Source of the DNA: Candidatus Rokuibacteriota bacterium | GTDB lineage: Bacteria; Methylomirabilota; Methylomirabilia; Rokubacteriales; CSP1-6 | DNA: 64,000 bases | Assembly (NCBI GenBank): GCA_003220675.1 | Contig: QHTD01000054.1 | Span: forward strand, 18,241-82,240 | Direction: 5' to 3' | Part shown: positions 19,440 through 29,424 of the stretch, in pieces | Layout of the letters: every line of letters starts with the position of its first letter | Position numbering within the stretch: the first letter of the stretch is position 1 | Notes under the pieces: generated by a model | Database searches by the model: none | What the model saw: only the letters and a program-made list of their open reading frames with translations | Told to the model about the DNA's origin: nothing | Translations under genes and position numbers: made by a program

Positions 19440-20542
19440 ACGAGGCTCCGATAGACCCGCTCCACCCCGTCGATTGACCGCTCGGGGCTGAACACATCGT
19501 GCACGCGGCGGCGCCCGGCGGCGCCCATCGCGCGCGCACGCTCCGGCGCCACGAGCGCGGCGGCGAGCGCGGCGCACACGCTCTCGGGCCGGTCGTCGTC
19601 GATCAGGAGACCCGTCTCGCCGTGAACGACCGTCTCGGGCAGTGCGCCGACGCGTCGTGCGACGACCAGACGCCCTGCCGCCATCGCCTCGAGCGCCGCC
19701 CGGCACGACTCGTCGGAGCCTGCGGACATCAGCGCGAAGCAGTCGGCCGCCGCGAGGACCAGCGGGAGATCACGATCGCGGTAGCCGGTGAAGACGACCT
19801 GGTCCCCGAGCCCGAGCTCGGCGACGAGCCGCTCGAGATACCCGCGCGTCTCCCCTTTGCCGACGAGGAGCAGCCGCGCGGCCGGGAGCTCCCGGAGGAG
19901 CAGCCGGAAGCCCGCCAGCAGGAGGTCGTGCCCGCGGTTCGGCGCCAGACGCGCGACCGAGACGATCACCGGCGCGTCGCCGATCTTGAACTCGTCGCGC
20001 ACGGGCCGAGGGTCGGCCGCGGCGGCGAAGCGCTCGAGCGCCACCGAGCCCGGGATCCAGTGGACGCGGCCCGGCGGGATGCCGACCTCGCGACAACGTG
20101 CCTCGATCTGGCGCGAGACCGCGAAGGCCGCGGCGGTGCGCCGGTAGAGCCCGGCCGCGAGCCGGTCGCGTTTCACAGCGCGGAGGTTGTGGAACGTCCG
20201 CACGACGTGCGGACGCCGGCGATCCCCGAGGATCGGACGCGCGATCAGCGCGAGCCAGTGGTCGTGCGAGTGATGGGCGTGGACGATGTGGATCCCCTCG
20301 CGACGGATCGCGGCACGCAGGCGAAGCGCGTCGCGGGCGACTGCGCCCGGAGTCAGCGTGAGTCCCTTCACGAGGTCGAGGCCCGCCTCCCGCGCCTTCG
20401 CCTCGAACCGGTCGCCCGGGATCACGCCGAGACAGACACGGTGGCCGCGAGCCCTCAGGCCGGCCACGAGCTGGATCGTCGGGTCCGCGCTGCCCGTCCA
20501 CCAGCGGTTGGCCGCCAGGTGCAGGATTCTGAGAGGCGTCAC
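19436..20542 (-). CDS. family 4 glycosyltransferase
   Basis: LRILHLAANRWWTGSADPT ... SAGSDESCRAALEAMAAGRLVVA. Confidence 0.7.
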   Translation of the reverse strand: MTPLRILHLAANRWWTGSADPTIQLVAGLRARGHRVCLGVIPGDRFEAKAREAGLDLVKGLTLTPGAVARDALRLRAAIRREGIHIVHAHHSHDHWLALIARPILGDRRRPHVVRTFHNLRAVKRDRLAAGLYRRTAAAFAVSRQIEARCREVGIPPGRVHWIPGSVALERFAAAADPRPVRDEFKIGDAPVIVSVARLAPNRGHDLLLAGFRLLLRELPAARLLLVGKGETRGYLERLVAELGLGDQVVFTGYRDRDLPLVLAAADCFALMSAGSDESCRAALEAMAAGRLVVARRVGALPETVVHGETGLLIDDDRPESVCAALAAALVAPERARAMGAAGRRRVHDVFSPERSIDGVERVYRSLV

Positions 20543-21546
20543 GCGCGCTCCGCGAGAAGCGCGTCGAGGCGCTCGATGACGGCGGTCGCCTCGATCGCGC
20601 GCATGCACGGGTGATCGATCGGGCACGTCCGGTAGAAGCACGGCGCGCACGGCGCGTCGCCGCGAATCACGGCGACCGGGCCGCGCGGGGCCGTGAGCCG
20701 AGGATCGGTGGGACCGAAGAGCGCGACGACGGGTGTCCCGAGGGCCGCGGCGAGATGGGCGACGCCGGTGTCGCCGCTCGCGAGGGCGTCGAGCTCGGCG
20801 AGGAGCGCCAGGAGGAGCTCGGGACTATCGCGCCCCGCGAGGCTCGGCGCCCGGGTCGCGCGGCTCACCTCTTCCACGAGCGGCACGTCTCCCGGCGCGC
20901 CGAGCAGGACCGCCGTGTCACCCCGCTCGCCGAGCAGTCGGCAAAGCTCGACGACGCGCACGGGATCCCAGACCTTGGCGCTGCCGTACGCCGCGCCCAG
21001 GTGGACGCCGACGAGGCGGGCTGCTCCCGCGGGCTCCGGCACCCCCGCCTCGCGCATCAGCGCGCGCACGCGCCGCCGCTCGGGCGACGCCGCGTCGGGC
21101 GGCGCCATGCGCGGCTCGCGGACGTCGACCGCGACGCCGAGCGGCTCGACGAGAAGCGCGAACTCGTCCACCTGGTGCGGGCGCGGCCGGGGGAGCTCGA
21201 CCCGGTCGGTGAGGAGCCAGCTCCGTCCGCCCACGGCGAAACCGATCCGCCGGCGCGCCCCCCAGTAGAGCGCCGCTGCCGCCGCCTCGAACGAGTTCGG
21301 CAGGAGCACCGCCGTGGAGCCGCCGAAGTCGCTCACGGTGTCGGCGGTGGAGAGCCGCCCGCTCCACGAGCGCGGATACGTGACGAGCACGTCGGCGAGC
21401 GCCTGATCTCCGAGGATGGCCGCCCAGGGGCCCGCCAGCAGGAGCGGCGCGCCGTCGAGGGCCTGGCGGAGCGCGCGGATGGCGGGCACCGCCATCACGG
21501 TGTCCCCTAGCCAGTTCGGCAGACGAACGATCACCCTGTCGGGCAC
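20539..21546 (-). CDS. ADP-heptose:LPS heptosyltransferase (GT9)
   Basis: VIVRLPNWLGDTVMAVPAIRAL...GDTGVAHLAAALGTPVVALFGPTDP. A GTG start at 21534-21546 overlaps the lpxK stop. Confidence 0.75.
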   Translation of the reverse strand: MPDRVIVRLPNWLGDTVMAVPAIRALRQALDGAPLLLAGPWAAILGDQALADVLVTYPRSWSGRLSTADTVSDFGGSTAVLLPNSFEAAAAALYWGARRRIGFAVGGRSWLLTDRVELPRPRPHQVDEFALLVEPLGVAVDVREPRMAPPDAASPERRRVRALMREAGVPEPAGAARLVGVHLGAAYGSAKVWDPVRVVELCRLLGERGDTAVLLGAPGDVPLVEEVSRATRAPSLAGRDSPELLLALLAELDALASGDTGVAHLAAALGTPVVALFGPTDPRLTAPRGPVAVIRGDAPCAPCFYRTCPIDHPCMRAIEATAVIERLDALLAERA

Positions 21547-22622
21547 GCGCGCTTGAAGGCGGATTGCCAGAGGTCCTCGCCCGCGACGAGGACGAGGCGG
21601 ATCGCCAGGACGTACAGGAGCCGCCCCGGCAGCGGCAGCTTCCTGAGACGCACCCAGTCTTTCTCGGTCGTCATGAGGCCCTCGACGCCGAGGTCGCCGG
21701 CCCGCGCATCGAGCGTCGCGATCTCGGCGGGCGTGTACCAGTGGTGGTCGGCGAACTGGAGGAACTGCTGGACGGTGACGCCCGCGGCGCGGAGCGTCTC
21801 CTCGAACGCACGGGGTGCGGCGATCCCGGCGAACGCGAGCACTCGCTTGCCCGCGAGCTCTGCGAGACTCACGAGCCGCATCCGGTTCGCCTCCCAGCAC
21901 TCCGCCGGCGCGGAGACGGCGGTCAGGACCGGGACCTCGGGCGCGTACGCGGTGACGGCGCTGACGACTTCGGCGGCGTCCTCCCGGCGCTCGACACCGG
22001 TGGCGACGACCAGGTCCGCACGGCGGAGCGCTGCGAGAGGCTCTCTCAGCGGCCCCGCCGGCAGGAGCTTGCCATTGCCCCACGGGTTCTCCGCGCGCGC
22101 CATCACGATCTCGAGGTCTTTCTTGAGCGTGCGGTGCTGGAACGCGTCGTCGAGGACGATCGCGGTGACGCCGAACCGGTCGAGCGCGAGGCGCGCCGAG
22201 TCGTAGCGGTTCGAGCCCACGACCACCGGCACGCCCGGCAGGCGACGCGCGAGCAGGAATGGCTCGTCGCCCGCCTCCTCGGCGTCGAGCCGGATCGACG
22301 CCGCGTCGGCGACGACCCGGATGCCACCGGTGCCGCGGCCGTAGCCGCGACTGACGACCGCGGGCCGGTGCCCGAGGGCCGCGAGCGTCTGCACCGCGAC
22401 CTCCACCGCCGGCGTCTTGCCCGTGCCGCCGACCGTCAGGTTGCCGACCGAGACCACGGGCACCGGGAGCGCGCGCGACTTGAGGACGCCGCGCTTATAG
22501 AGCCACTCGCGCGCGCCGAGGAGGCCACTGTACCCCTTGCCCGCGGCGCCGAGGAGCCGCCCCTGGGCGGCCGGAAACCCATTCTCCCATCCCCGCACGA
22601 GCCGCGAGCCGCGCGCCTTCAC
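21531..22622 (-). CDS. lpxK: tetraacyldisaccharide 4'-kinase
   Basis: P-loop VPVVSVGNLTVGGTGKTP and the LpxK body. GTG start near VKARGSRL. Confidence 0.85.
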   Translation of the reverse strand: MKARGSRLVRGWENGFPAAQGRLLGAAGKGYSGLLGAREWLYKRGVLKSRALPVPVVSVGNLTVGGTGKTPAVEVAVQTLAALGHRPAVVSRGYGRGTGGIRVVADAASIRLDAEEAGDEPFLLARRLPGVPVVVGSNRYDSARLALDRFGVTAIVLDDAFQHRTLKKDLEIVMARAENPWGNGKLLPAGPLREPLAALRRADLVVATGVERREDAAEVVSAVTAYAPEVPVLTAVSAPAECWEANRMRLVSLAELAGKRVLAFAGIAAPRAFEETLRAAGVTVQQFLQFADHHWYTPAEIATLDARAGDLGVEGLMTTEKDWVRLRKLPLPGRLLYVLAIRLVLVAGEDLWQSAFKRACPTG

Positions 22623-23902
22623 ACGCGTTCTCCCGGTGCCAGGAAACGGCCGACGAGCTCGAGCGTCTCGCGCACGGCGCCGTGGCGCGAGGCGACCGCC
22701 CCGTACCCGGCCTCGCCGGTCTTCGCCCTGAGGCCGGCGTCCGCGAGGAGCCGCGTGAGCTCGCGGCCGAGCTCCCCGCCGTCCCGCACGACCCACGCAG
22801 CGCCCACGGACTCGAGGAGCGCCGCCGACTCACGGAAGTTCTGCGTGTGCGGGCCCATGAGCACGGGCTTTCGCCTGAGCGCGGGCTCGAGCATGTTGTG
22901 GCCGCCGAAGGGGACGAGGCTCCCGCCGACGAAGACGACGTCGGCGACGGCGTAGAGCGTCGCCAGCTCGCCCACCGTGTCGAGCACGATGACGGCGCGC
23001 GGCTCGCGCACGCGCCCGAGCTCACTGCGCCGCACCGCGGGCCAGCCCCGGGCGGCGACGAGACCGAGGACCTCCGCTGCCCGCTCCGGATGCCGGGGCG
23101 CGATCACCAGTCCCAACTCGGGGCACTCCCGCAGCGCGGCGCGATGCGCGTCGAGCACCGCTTCTTCCTCGCCTTGATGCGTGCTCCCTGCAATCCACAC
23201 GGGCCGGCCAGGCTCGAAGCCGAGAAGCCGGCGCCAGAGGTCCGCCGAGCCCGCCGTGTCGGGCAGCGGCTCATTCTTGACGTTGCCAGTGACGAAGACG
23301 CGCTCCGGGCTGACGCCGAGGGCGATGATCCGCCGGGCGTCCTCGGCCGACTGCATGGCGAAGACCCGCACGTCGGCGAGCACGGTACTCATGAAGGCGC
23401 GCAGGAGCCGGTAACGACGGTACGAGCGGTCGGAGATCCTTCCGTTCGCGATCATGACCGGGACCCCGCGCGCAGCGAGCGTCCGCAGCATGTTCGGCCA
23501 GAGCTCCGTCTCCATGCACACCAGGAACGCCGGGTCGAGCGAGGCGACGAACCGCCGCGTCGCCCAGGGCAGGTCGAGCGGGAAGAACCGGTGGCTCGCG
23601 AGTCCCGCGTAGCGCTCGCGGACGACCGTCGCCCCGGTCTTCGTCACCGTGGTCATCACCAGCGGAAGCGCGGGCCAGAGCCGGCGTAGCCCCTCGACGA
23701 GCGGCGCCGCGGCGATCGCCTCGCCGACGGAGACGGCGTGGAGCCACCCGGCGCGTGCGCCGCGGCTCGGCGCGGCGCCCCCCAGGCCCAGGCGTGCGCG
23801 CGCGTCGAGGGGCACGCCGCGGCGGAGGCGCTTGGCCACCGCCGCCGGCGCATAGAAGAGCACGAGCGCCACGAGCATCGCCGCTGTGTAGAGCATGTAC
23901 AT
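22619..23902 (-). CDS. waaA: 3-deoxy-D-manno-octulosonic acid (Kdo) transferase
   Basis: WLHAVSVGEAIAAAPLVEGL...IAGSTHQGEEEAVL...VGGSLVPFGGHNMLEPA KdtA signature. The start is at MYMLY (23902). The first 239 track codons are an artefact. Confidence 0.85.
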   Translation of the reverse strand: MYMLYTAAMLVALVLFYAPAAVAKRLRRGVPLDARARLGLGGAAPSRGARAGWLHAVSVGEAIAAAPLVEGLRRLWPALPLVMTTVTKTGATVVRERYAGLASHRFFPLDLPWATRRFVASLDPAFLVCMETELWPNMLRTLAARGVPVMIANGRISDRSYRRYRLLRAFMSTVLADVRVFAMQSAEDARRIIALGVSPERVFVTGNVKNEPLPDTAGSADLWRRLLGFEPGRPVWIAGSTHQGEEEAVLDAHRAALRECPELGLVIAPRHPERAAEVLGLVAARGWPAVRRSELGRVREPRAVIVLDTVGELATLYAVADVVFVGGSLVPFGGHNMLEPALRRKPVLMGPHTQNFRESAALLESVGAAWVVRDGGELGRELTRLLADAGLRAKTGEAGYGAVASRHGAVRETLELVGRFLAPGERV

Positions 23903-24570
23903 CACAGCGCCGCCAGCGTCTCGGCCGCGGCCGTCGCCTCGGCGAGGCTTCGCTCGACGTCCTTCATCGCGCGTACGCGATCGGCGTCCCGCGCCACGGC
24001 GAGCGGCGGACCGAAGACGACCGCGCACCGCGCGAACGGCAGCGGGATCGTGAACGCGTCCCAGCTCCGGAGCCGAAGCGCCGGCCGCGCGGCGACGGCG
24101 AGCGGCACGATCGGCGCGCCGGTGAGCGCGGCGAGCGCGACGACGCCCGGCTGAAGCTGCCCACACGGCCCGCGCGGCCCGTCGGGGACGATCGCGACGT
24201 CGCGCCCGCGTCTCACCGCCGCTACGAGCGCGCGCCCCGCCTCGCCAGCACCGCGCGACGTCGAGCCCCGCACACTGTCGAGCCCGAAGCGGGTCAGGTA
24301 GCGCGCGACGATCTCCCCGTCCCCGGAGCGGCTGACCAGCGCCGTCGCGGGCCGCGCGCCGTGGCTCGCGCGGAGCCGCTCGTTGAGCCACGGCACCATG
24401 AGGATCTGACCGTGCCACACGGCATAGATGACGGGCTGGCCCGCGGCCCAGTGGCGCCCCACGTCCTCCGTGCCCGCCACCCTCAGGCGGAGCGTCGTCC
24501 CGAGCGCCCTCACCAGGGTTGGAGCGATCGGCGGCGCCAGCGGGCCTGCGACGCGGGAGAGCGCGCTCAC
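23902..24570 (-). CDS. DUF374-type lysophospholipid-acyltransferase-like protein that commonly accompanies waaA
   Basis: VIYAVWHGQILMVPW...ALVSRSGDGEIVARY...VAIVPDGPRGP, about 222 aa, starting at VSALSRV just after the lpxB stop. Confidence 0.6.
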   Translation of the reverse strand: MSALSRVAGPLAPPIAPTLVRALGTTLRLRVAGTEDVGRHWAAGQPVIYAVWHGQILMVPWLNERLRASHGARPATALVSRSGDGEIVARYLTRFGLDSVRGSTSRGAGEAGRALVAAVRRGRDVAIVPDGPRGPCGQLQPGVVALAALTGAPIVPLAVAARPALRLRSWDAFTIPLPFARCAVVFGPPLAVARDADRVRAMKDVERSLAEATAAAETLAAL

Positions 24571-25727
24571 GGCGCCACCCCGGCCTCGGCGAGCACGAGG
24601 CGCGCGGCGCGGGCGCCAACGCCGGGCTCGCCGAGCTGACCCTGGAGCTCCCTGAACGCGGCGCGCTGCGCGTCGAGCGCCTCGCGGCTCCCGAGAAGCC
24701 TCAACGCCTCGCGACCGAGGCGCTCGCCGGTCGCCGCCTCCTGGTATAGCTCCGGGACGACTGCGCGCCCGAGCGTCAGGTTCGGCAGGCTGATCCACGG
24801 GACGCGCATCAGCGTCCGGACCATCACCTCGGTCAGGCGCGACACGCGGTAGCACACGACCATCGGCGTGCCGAGGAGCGCCGCTTCGAGCGTCGCCGTG
24901 CCCGAGGCCACGAGGAGCAGGTCGGCGGCGCGCATCACGGCGTGGGCCCGGTCGCGGGCGATCGCGACCGTCCGCCCGGCGCCGAGCCGGCGCTCGACCG
25001 CCGCGGGCTCGATCGTCGGCGCCAGCGCGAGCACGCAGCGCGCATCGGGTCGCGCCGCGCCGACGGCCGCGACCGCCTCCCGCATCGCCGGGAGCACGCG
25101 CTCGACCTCCTCGCGGCGACTGCCGGGCAGGAGCCCGATCACGAGCGTCCCGTCGTCGAGCCCGAGCTGGCGGCGCGCGGCCGCCCGGTCGGGCGCGCCG
25201 GCGAGCGCGTCGAGGAGCGGATGGCCGACGAATTCGACGGGCACCCCCGCGCGCCGGTACAGCGCGGTCTCGAAGGGAAAGACCGCGAGCACGAGCGAGA
25301 TCACGCGGCGAATCGTCCTGACACGCCACGACCGCCACGCCCAGATCTGGGGCGGGATGAAATACACGACGGGGACACCCGCGCGGCGCGCCGCCCGCGC
25401 CAAGCGCAGGTTGAACTCGGGAAAGTCGATCACGACGAGGACGCCGGGGCGTCGGGCACCGTCGAGCACCGCCCTGAGCCGCCGGTACGCGCGGTACAGC
25501 AGCGGCACGAGGCTCACGGCCTCCCCGCCGGCGGCCGCGACGGCGGTGACGTCGACCAGCAGATCCATCCCCGCCGCCGCCATGCGCGGGCCGCCCATCC
25601 CGAAGAGTCGGCAGCCCGGCGCCTCCGCGCGGAGCGCATGGCACAGCGCGGCGCCGTGGAGATCGCCCGATGCCTCGCCCGCGGCGAGCATGATCGACGG
25701 CGCGTCAGCCCGCATCCTCGACACCAA
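24567..25727 (-). CDS. lpxB: lipid-A-disaccharide synthase
   Basis: IMLAAGEASGDLHGAAL...VIDFPEFNLRLA...GTATLEAALLGTPMVVCYRV. Confidence 0.85.
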   Translation of the reverse strand: MVSRMRADAPSIMLAAGEASGDLHGAALCHALRAEAPGCRLFGMGGPRMAAAGMDLLVDVTAVAAAGGEAVSLVPLLYRAYRRLRAVLDGARRPGVLVVIDFPEFNLRLARAARRAGVPVVYFIPPQIWAWRSWRVRTIRRVISLVLAVFPFETALYRRAGVPVEFVGHPLLDALAGAPDRAAARRQLGLDDGTLVIGLLPGSRREEVERVLPAMREAVAAVGAARPDARCVLALAPTIEPAAVERRLGAGRTVAIARDRAHAVMRAADLLLVASGTATLEAALLGTPMVVCYRVSRLTEVMVRTLMRVPWISLPNLTLGRAVVPELYQEAATGERLGREALRLLGSREALDAQRAAFRELQGQLGEPGVGARAARLVLAEAGVAP

Positions 25728-26493
25728 CGAACGCGATCCCGGCGAGGTCGGCGTGCCGCACGCACGCCTCCCTGTCCACGATCAGCACGCGCCCCGCCTC
25801 GACGGCGACCACCGACGCGCGGCCGGCCGCGGCGGCCTCGAGGCTCTCCGGGCCGATCACGGGCGTGTCGAAGCGGTAGTCGTGGTCCCGCGCCACCGCC
25901 TTGACGATCACGGCGCCGGGGCCGGCGAGTGCCGCGCCGCGGCGGATTGCCTCGGTGGTCCCTTCGAGTGCCTCGACGGCCGTGACCGCGCCCCGGCGCA
26001 GCACGACGGTCTGACCGATGCGCGCCTCGGCCGCCTGGCGGGCGAGACTCAAGCCGCGCTCGACCTCGCGCCGTTCCTCCGCTGTCGGCTGACGCGACGA
26101 CCAGCAGCCCGCCGTGGCGAGGCCGTCGCCGAGGAACCCGCGCTGATCGAGGAGAGCGATGTCCACCTCCGCCAGCTTCGTCACGATCACGTCGAGCATG
26201 CGCACCTCGGTCAAGGCACCCGCCCGCGCCGCCATTCCGACGAACGTCGCGTCGGCCCGGCGCGCGCCGAGCACGTCCTGCGCCCAGAACTTCCCCGCCA
26301 GCAGGACCGCCGCGACCCTCTCGGCGGTGAGGGCCTGGAGCACGGCGCCGAGCTCGGTGAGCCGGCTCGGGATCACGCGCTCCGCGTGTACGCCGACGCC
26401 CGGGGAGTCGCCGAAGACCAAGGCCACGACGCGCCAGCCCTGGCGCCGCGCCTCCATCGCCATGCGCGCCGGCAGCGTGCCGGCGCCGCACAT
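25705..26493 (-). CDS. lpxI: UDP-2,3-diacylglucosamine hydrolase, LpxI type (DUF1009)
   Basis: LGLMCGAGTLPARMAMEARRQGWRVVALVF...; about 262 aa in the lpxA-x-lpxI-lpxB position. The ATG overlaps the upstream stop (ATGA). Confidence 0.75.
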   Translation of the reverse strand: MCGAGTLPARMAMEARRQGWRVVALVFGDSPGVGVHAERVIPSRLTELGAVLQALTAERVAAVLLAGKFWAQDVLGARRADATFVGMAARAGALTEVRMLDVIVTKLAEVDIALLDQRGFLGDGLATAGCWSSRQPTAEERREVERGLSLARQAAEARIGQTVVLRRGAVTAVEALEGTTEAIRRGAALAGPGAVIVKAVARDHDYRFDTPVIGPESLEAAAAGRASVVAVEAGRVLIVDREACVRHADLAGIAFVGVEDAG

Positions 26494-27524
26494 CAGGCCG
26501 AGTGACCGCTCCACGGCGGGGTGTTCGGGTAGACGACCTCGCACCGCCCGTCCCGGATCATCCGCTCGATCTCGAGGGCCATCGCCAGCGATCGCACGTC
26601 CTCGTCCTGCGCGAGGAGGGCCGACTCCCCCGCACGCGCCCGCTTCACCGCGCGGGCGAGGTGGAGGATCTCGAGCTTCAACGGGTTGTCCTTGTGCACC
26701 TGGACGTGCTCGACGAAGGAGGCGCGGCGGTAGCGGATCGACTCCCGGTTGAGCGTGTACTCCTGCGCGGCGCGCCGGTGGACACGGATGTCCTGCTCGG
26801 CGTAGTCGAGGACGATGTACGCGTCGGGCTGCGTGACCGCGAGCGTGCGGATCTTCTCCTCGGTGGCGCGGCTCGCCGTGATGACCGCGATCGTCCCCGA
26901 CTCGAACCCGATCTGGACGTTCGCGACGTCCACCGACCCCGAGTGGACCGTCGAGCCCATCGCGGTCAGGCGCCGCGGCGGCGAGTCGATGAGGCCCAGG
27001 ACGATGTCGAGGTCGTGGATCATGAGGTCCATCACGACCGTGTCCTTCTGCACGCGCGGCTCGAACGGGCCAAGTCGGCGCGACTCGACGAGGAGCGGCC
27101 GCTCGACGATCTTCTTGAGCTCCTGCACCGCCCCGTTGAACCGCTCGACGTGACCGACGTGGAGGACGGCCCCGGTGCGGCGCGCGACGGCGAACAGCTC
27201 GCGCGCCTCTTCGAGCGTCGGCGTGATCGGCTTCTCCACGAGCACGCTCACGCCCGCCTCGAGAAAGTCGCTCGCGACCTGGAAGTGGTGCTCGGTGGGC
27301 ACCGCGACGCTGACGAGGTCGACCCGACCGATCAGGGCGCGGTGGTCGGCGAACGCGCGCGTATCGTAGTGGGCGGCCACGCGCGCGGCGCGGTCGCGGT
27401 CCACGTCGACCACACCCACGAGCTCCATGTCCCACAGCTCGGCGTAGACGAGCATGTGGTACTGGCCCATGTGGCCCGCGCCGACCACCCCCGCGCGGAG
27501 CCGCCCCTCGGCGCGCGCCATCAC
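26493..27524 (-). CDS. Gfo/Idh/MocA-family NAD(P)-dependent oxidoreductase (GnnA-like)
   Basis: Rossmann motif LRAGVVGAGHMGQYH and the Gfo/Idh/MocA C-terminal domain, embedded between lpxA and lpxI. Confidence 0.8.
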   Translation of the reverse strand: MMARAEGRLRAGVVGAGHMGQYHMLVYAELWDMELVGVVDVDRDRAARVAAHYDTRAFADHRALIGRVDLVSVAVPTEHHFQVASDFLEAGVSVLVEKPITPTLEEARELFAVARRTGAVLHVGHVERFNGAVQELKKIVERPLLVESRRLGPFEPRVQKDTVVMDLMIHDLDIVLGLIDSPPRRLTAMGSTVHSGSVDVANVQIGFESGTIAVITASRATEEKIRTLAVTQPDAYIVLDYAEQDIRVHRRAAQEYTLNRESIRYRRASFVEHVQVHKDNPLKLEILHLARAVKRARAGESALLAQDEDVRSLAMALEIERMIRDGRCEVVYPNTPPWSGHSA

Positions 27525-28363
27525 ACGGGCTCGCTCTCGGGCGTCCGTGTCACGTCCCCCGTCTCATCCGCGCCCCGCCGCGCAGCCCCGCAGACCCCGT
27601 GCCGCGCGGCCGCGACGAACTCGACCAGCCGAACGACGGGCGGCAGGGTCGGGAGCTCGCTCCGGATCCGCTCGAGCGCGCGCTGGGGCGTGAGCCCCGA
27701 GCGGTAGAGCAGGCGGTAGGCGTCCTGGAGGACACGGCGCTCGGGGGCCGGCATCCCGGCGCGCCGGAGCCCGACGACGTTGATGCCGTGGGCGACCGCC
27801 GGGATCCCGTCCACCAGCATGTAGGGCGGCACGTCCGCGGTCACTTTCGACACGCCGCCGACGTACGCATAGGCGCCGATCCGCGTGAAGGGCACCATGC
27901 CCGTGAGCCCGCCGATCGTCGCGCGCTCGCCGATCTCGCAGTGGCCCGTGATCCCGGCGTAGTTGATGATGATCGCGCCCTGGCCGACCTTGCAATCGTG
28001 GGCGATGTGGCTCATGGCCATGATGAGGCAGCCCTCGCCGACGTCGGTCCAGCCGTCGGCGCGCGTCGCGCGGTGGATCGTGACGTACTCACGGAGCACG
28101 GTCCCCGCGCCGATCCTGACCCCGGACGGCGTGCCCTCCTTGAACTTCAAGTCCTGAGGCCGGCCGCCGAGCACGGAGCCGTGGCCGATCTTCACGCCGC
28201 GCCCGAGCTCCACGCGCCCCTCGAGCACGCAGTGGTGGCCGACCTCCACGTCGGCGCCGATCGTCGCCTCGGCGCCGACGATCGAGAACGCGCCGATCCT
28301 GGCGGCCGGATGGATTCGCGCGCCGGGGTCCACGACGGCGGTCGGGTGGACGGGCTCAGCCAT
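27521..28363 (-). CDS. lpxA: acyl-ACP--UDP-N-acetylglucosamine O-acyltransferase
   Basis: Left-handed beta-helix hexapeptide repeats and an LpxA C-terminal helical domain. The start is at [13 protein letters not shown], overlapping lpxD by 8 nt. Confidence 0.9.
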   Translation of the reverse strand: MAEPVHPTAVVDPGARIHPAARIGAFSIVGAEATIGADVEVGHHCVLEGRVELGRGVKIGHGSVLGGRPQDLKFKEGTPSGVRIGAGTVLREYVTIHRATRADGWTDVGEGCLIMAMSHIAHDCKVGQGAIIINYAGITGHCEIGERATIGGLTGMVPFTRIGAYAYVGGVSKVTADVPPYMLVDGIPAVAHGINVVGLRRAGMPAPERRVLQDAYRLLYRSGLTPQRALERIRSELPTLPPVVRLVEFVAAARHGVCGAARRGADETGDVTRTPESEPV

Positions 28364-29417
28364 TCGGCACCTCCCCGGCGCCCAGCCGCGCCTCGAGGGC
28401 TGCGAGCCGCCGCTCGGCCGCGCGCAGCCGGCGGACGACCTCCGGCAGCTCGCCCTCGAGGAGGAAGATCCGCTTGGCCTGCAGCAAGGGGCGCGCCGGC
28501 GTGCCGAACACCTTCTCGCCCGGCGCGACGTCCTGCGCGAGGCCGGTCTGCCCGGCGACCACGGCGCCGTCACCGATCGTGAGGTGGTCGGCGACGCCCA
28601 CCTGCCCGGCGAGCACGACGCCGCGGCCGATCCGGCACGACCCCGCGATTCCCACCTGGGCCACGATGATCGAGTGCTCGCCGATCTCGACGTTGTGGCC
28701 GATCTGCACCAGGTTGTCGATCTTGGTCCCGCGGCGGATGATCGTCTGCCCGAGCGTGGCGCGGTCGATCGTCGTGTTCGCCCCGATTTCGACGTCGTCC
28801 TCGACCAGCACCGAGCCCACCTGCGGGATCTTCCGGTGCGCTTCGCCGTCGAAGGCGTAGCCGAAGCCGTCGGCGCCAATCACTGCGCCCGCGTGAACCA
28901 CGACGCGCTTGCCGAGCGTGACCCCCGCGCACAGCGCCACGCGCGCGTGCACGACCGACGCCTCGCCCACCTCCGCGCCCGCCCCGACGAAGGCCAGCGG
29001 GCCGATCCGGGCGTACGGGCCGATCACGGCGCCCGACTCGATCACCGCGAGTGCCCCGATCGTGGCGGTCGGGGCGACCTTGGCGTCCCTGGCGACGACC
29101 GCCGACGGGGCGATGCCGGGCACCGCGTCCGTCGGCGGGTGGAACAGGGTGAGCAACTCGATCAGCGCCTGCTGGGGCGCGTGCACGCGCAGCACCGGGC
29201 CCGGCAGGCCCGAGACGTCGGGCCCCGCCAGAAAGGCGCCGGCGCCCGAGGCTCGCGCTGCCTCCGCAAAGCGCACATCGACGAGGAAGGAGATCTGACT
29301 GGGGCCCGCGCTCTCGAGCGGCGCGACGCCGGTCACGACGGCCGCCGGGTCACCCTCCAGCGTGGCGCGGAGGGTGCGGGCGAGCTCACCGAGGGTGAAC
29401 CCGGCTGCCTTGCCCAT
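28356..29417 (-). CDS. lpxD: UDP-3-O-acylglucosamine N-acyltransferase
   Basis: An N-terminal LpxD domain, hexapeptide repeats and a C-terminal coiled helix. The start is at [12 protein letters not shown]. Confidence 0.9.
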   Translation of the reverse strand: MGKAAGFTLGELARTLRATLEGDPAAVVTGVAPLESAGPSQISFLVDVRFAEAARASGAGAFLAGPDVSGLPGPVLRVHAPQQALIELLTLFHPPTDAVPGIAPSAVVARDAKVAPTATIGALAVIESGAVIGPYARIGPLAFVGAGAEVGEASVVHARVALCAGVTLGKRVVVHAGAVIGADGFGYAFDGEAHRKIPQVGSVLVEDDVEIGANTTIDRATLGQTIIRRGTKIDNLVQIGHNVEIGEHSIIVAQVGIAGSCRIGRGVVLAGQVGVADHLTIGDGAVVAGQTGLAQDVAPGEKVFGTPARPLLQAKRIFLLEGELPEVVRRLRAAERRLAALEARLGAGEVPNG

Positions 29418-29424
29418 CGGCGCC

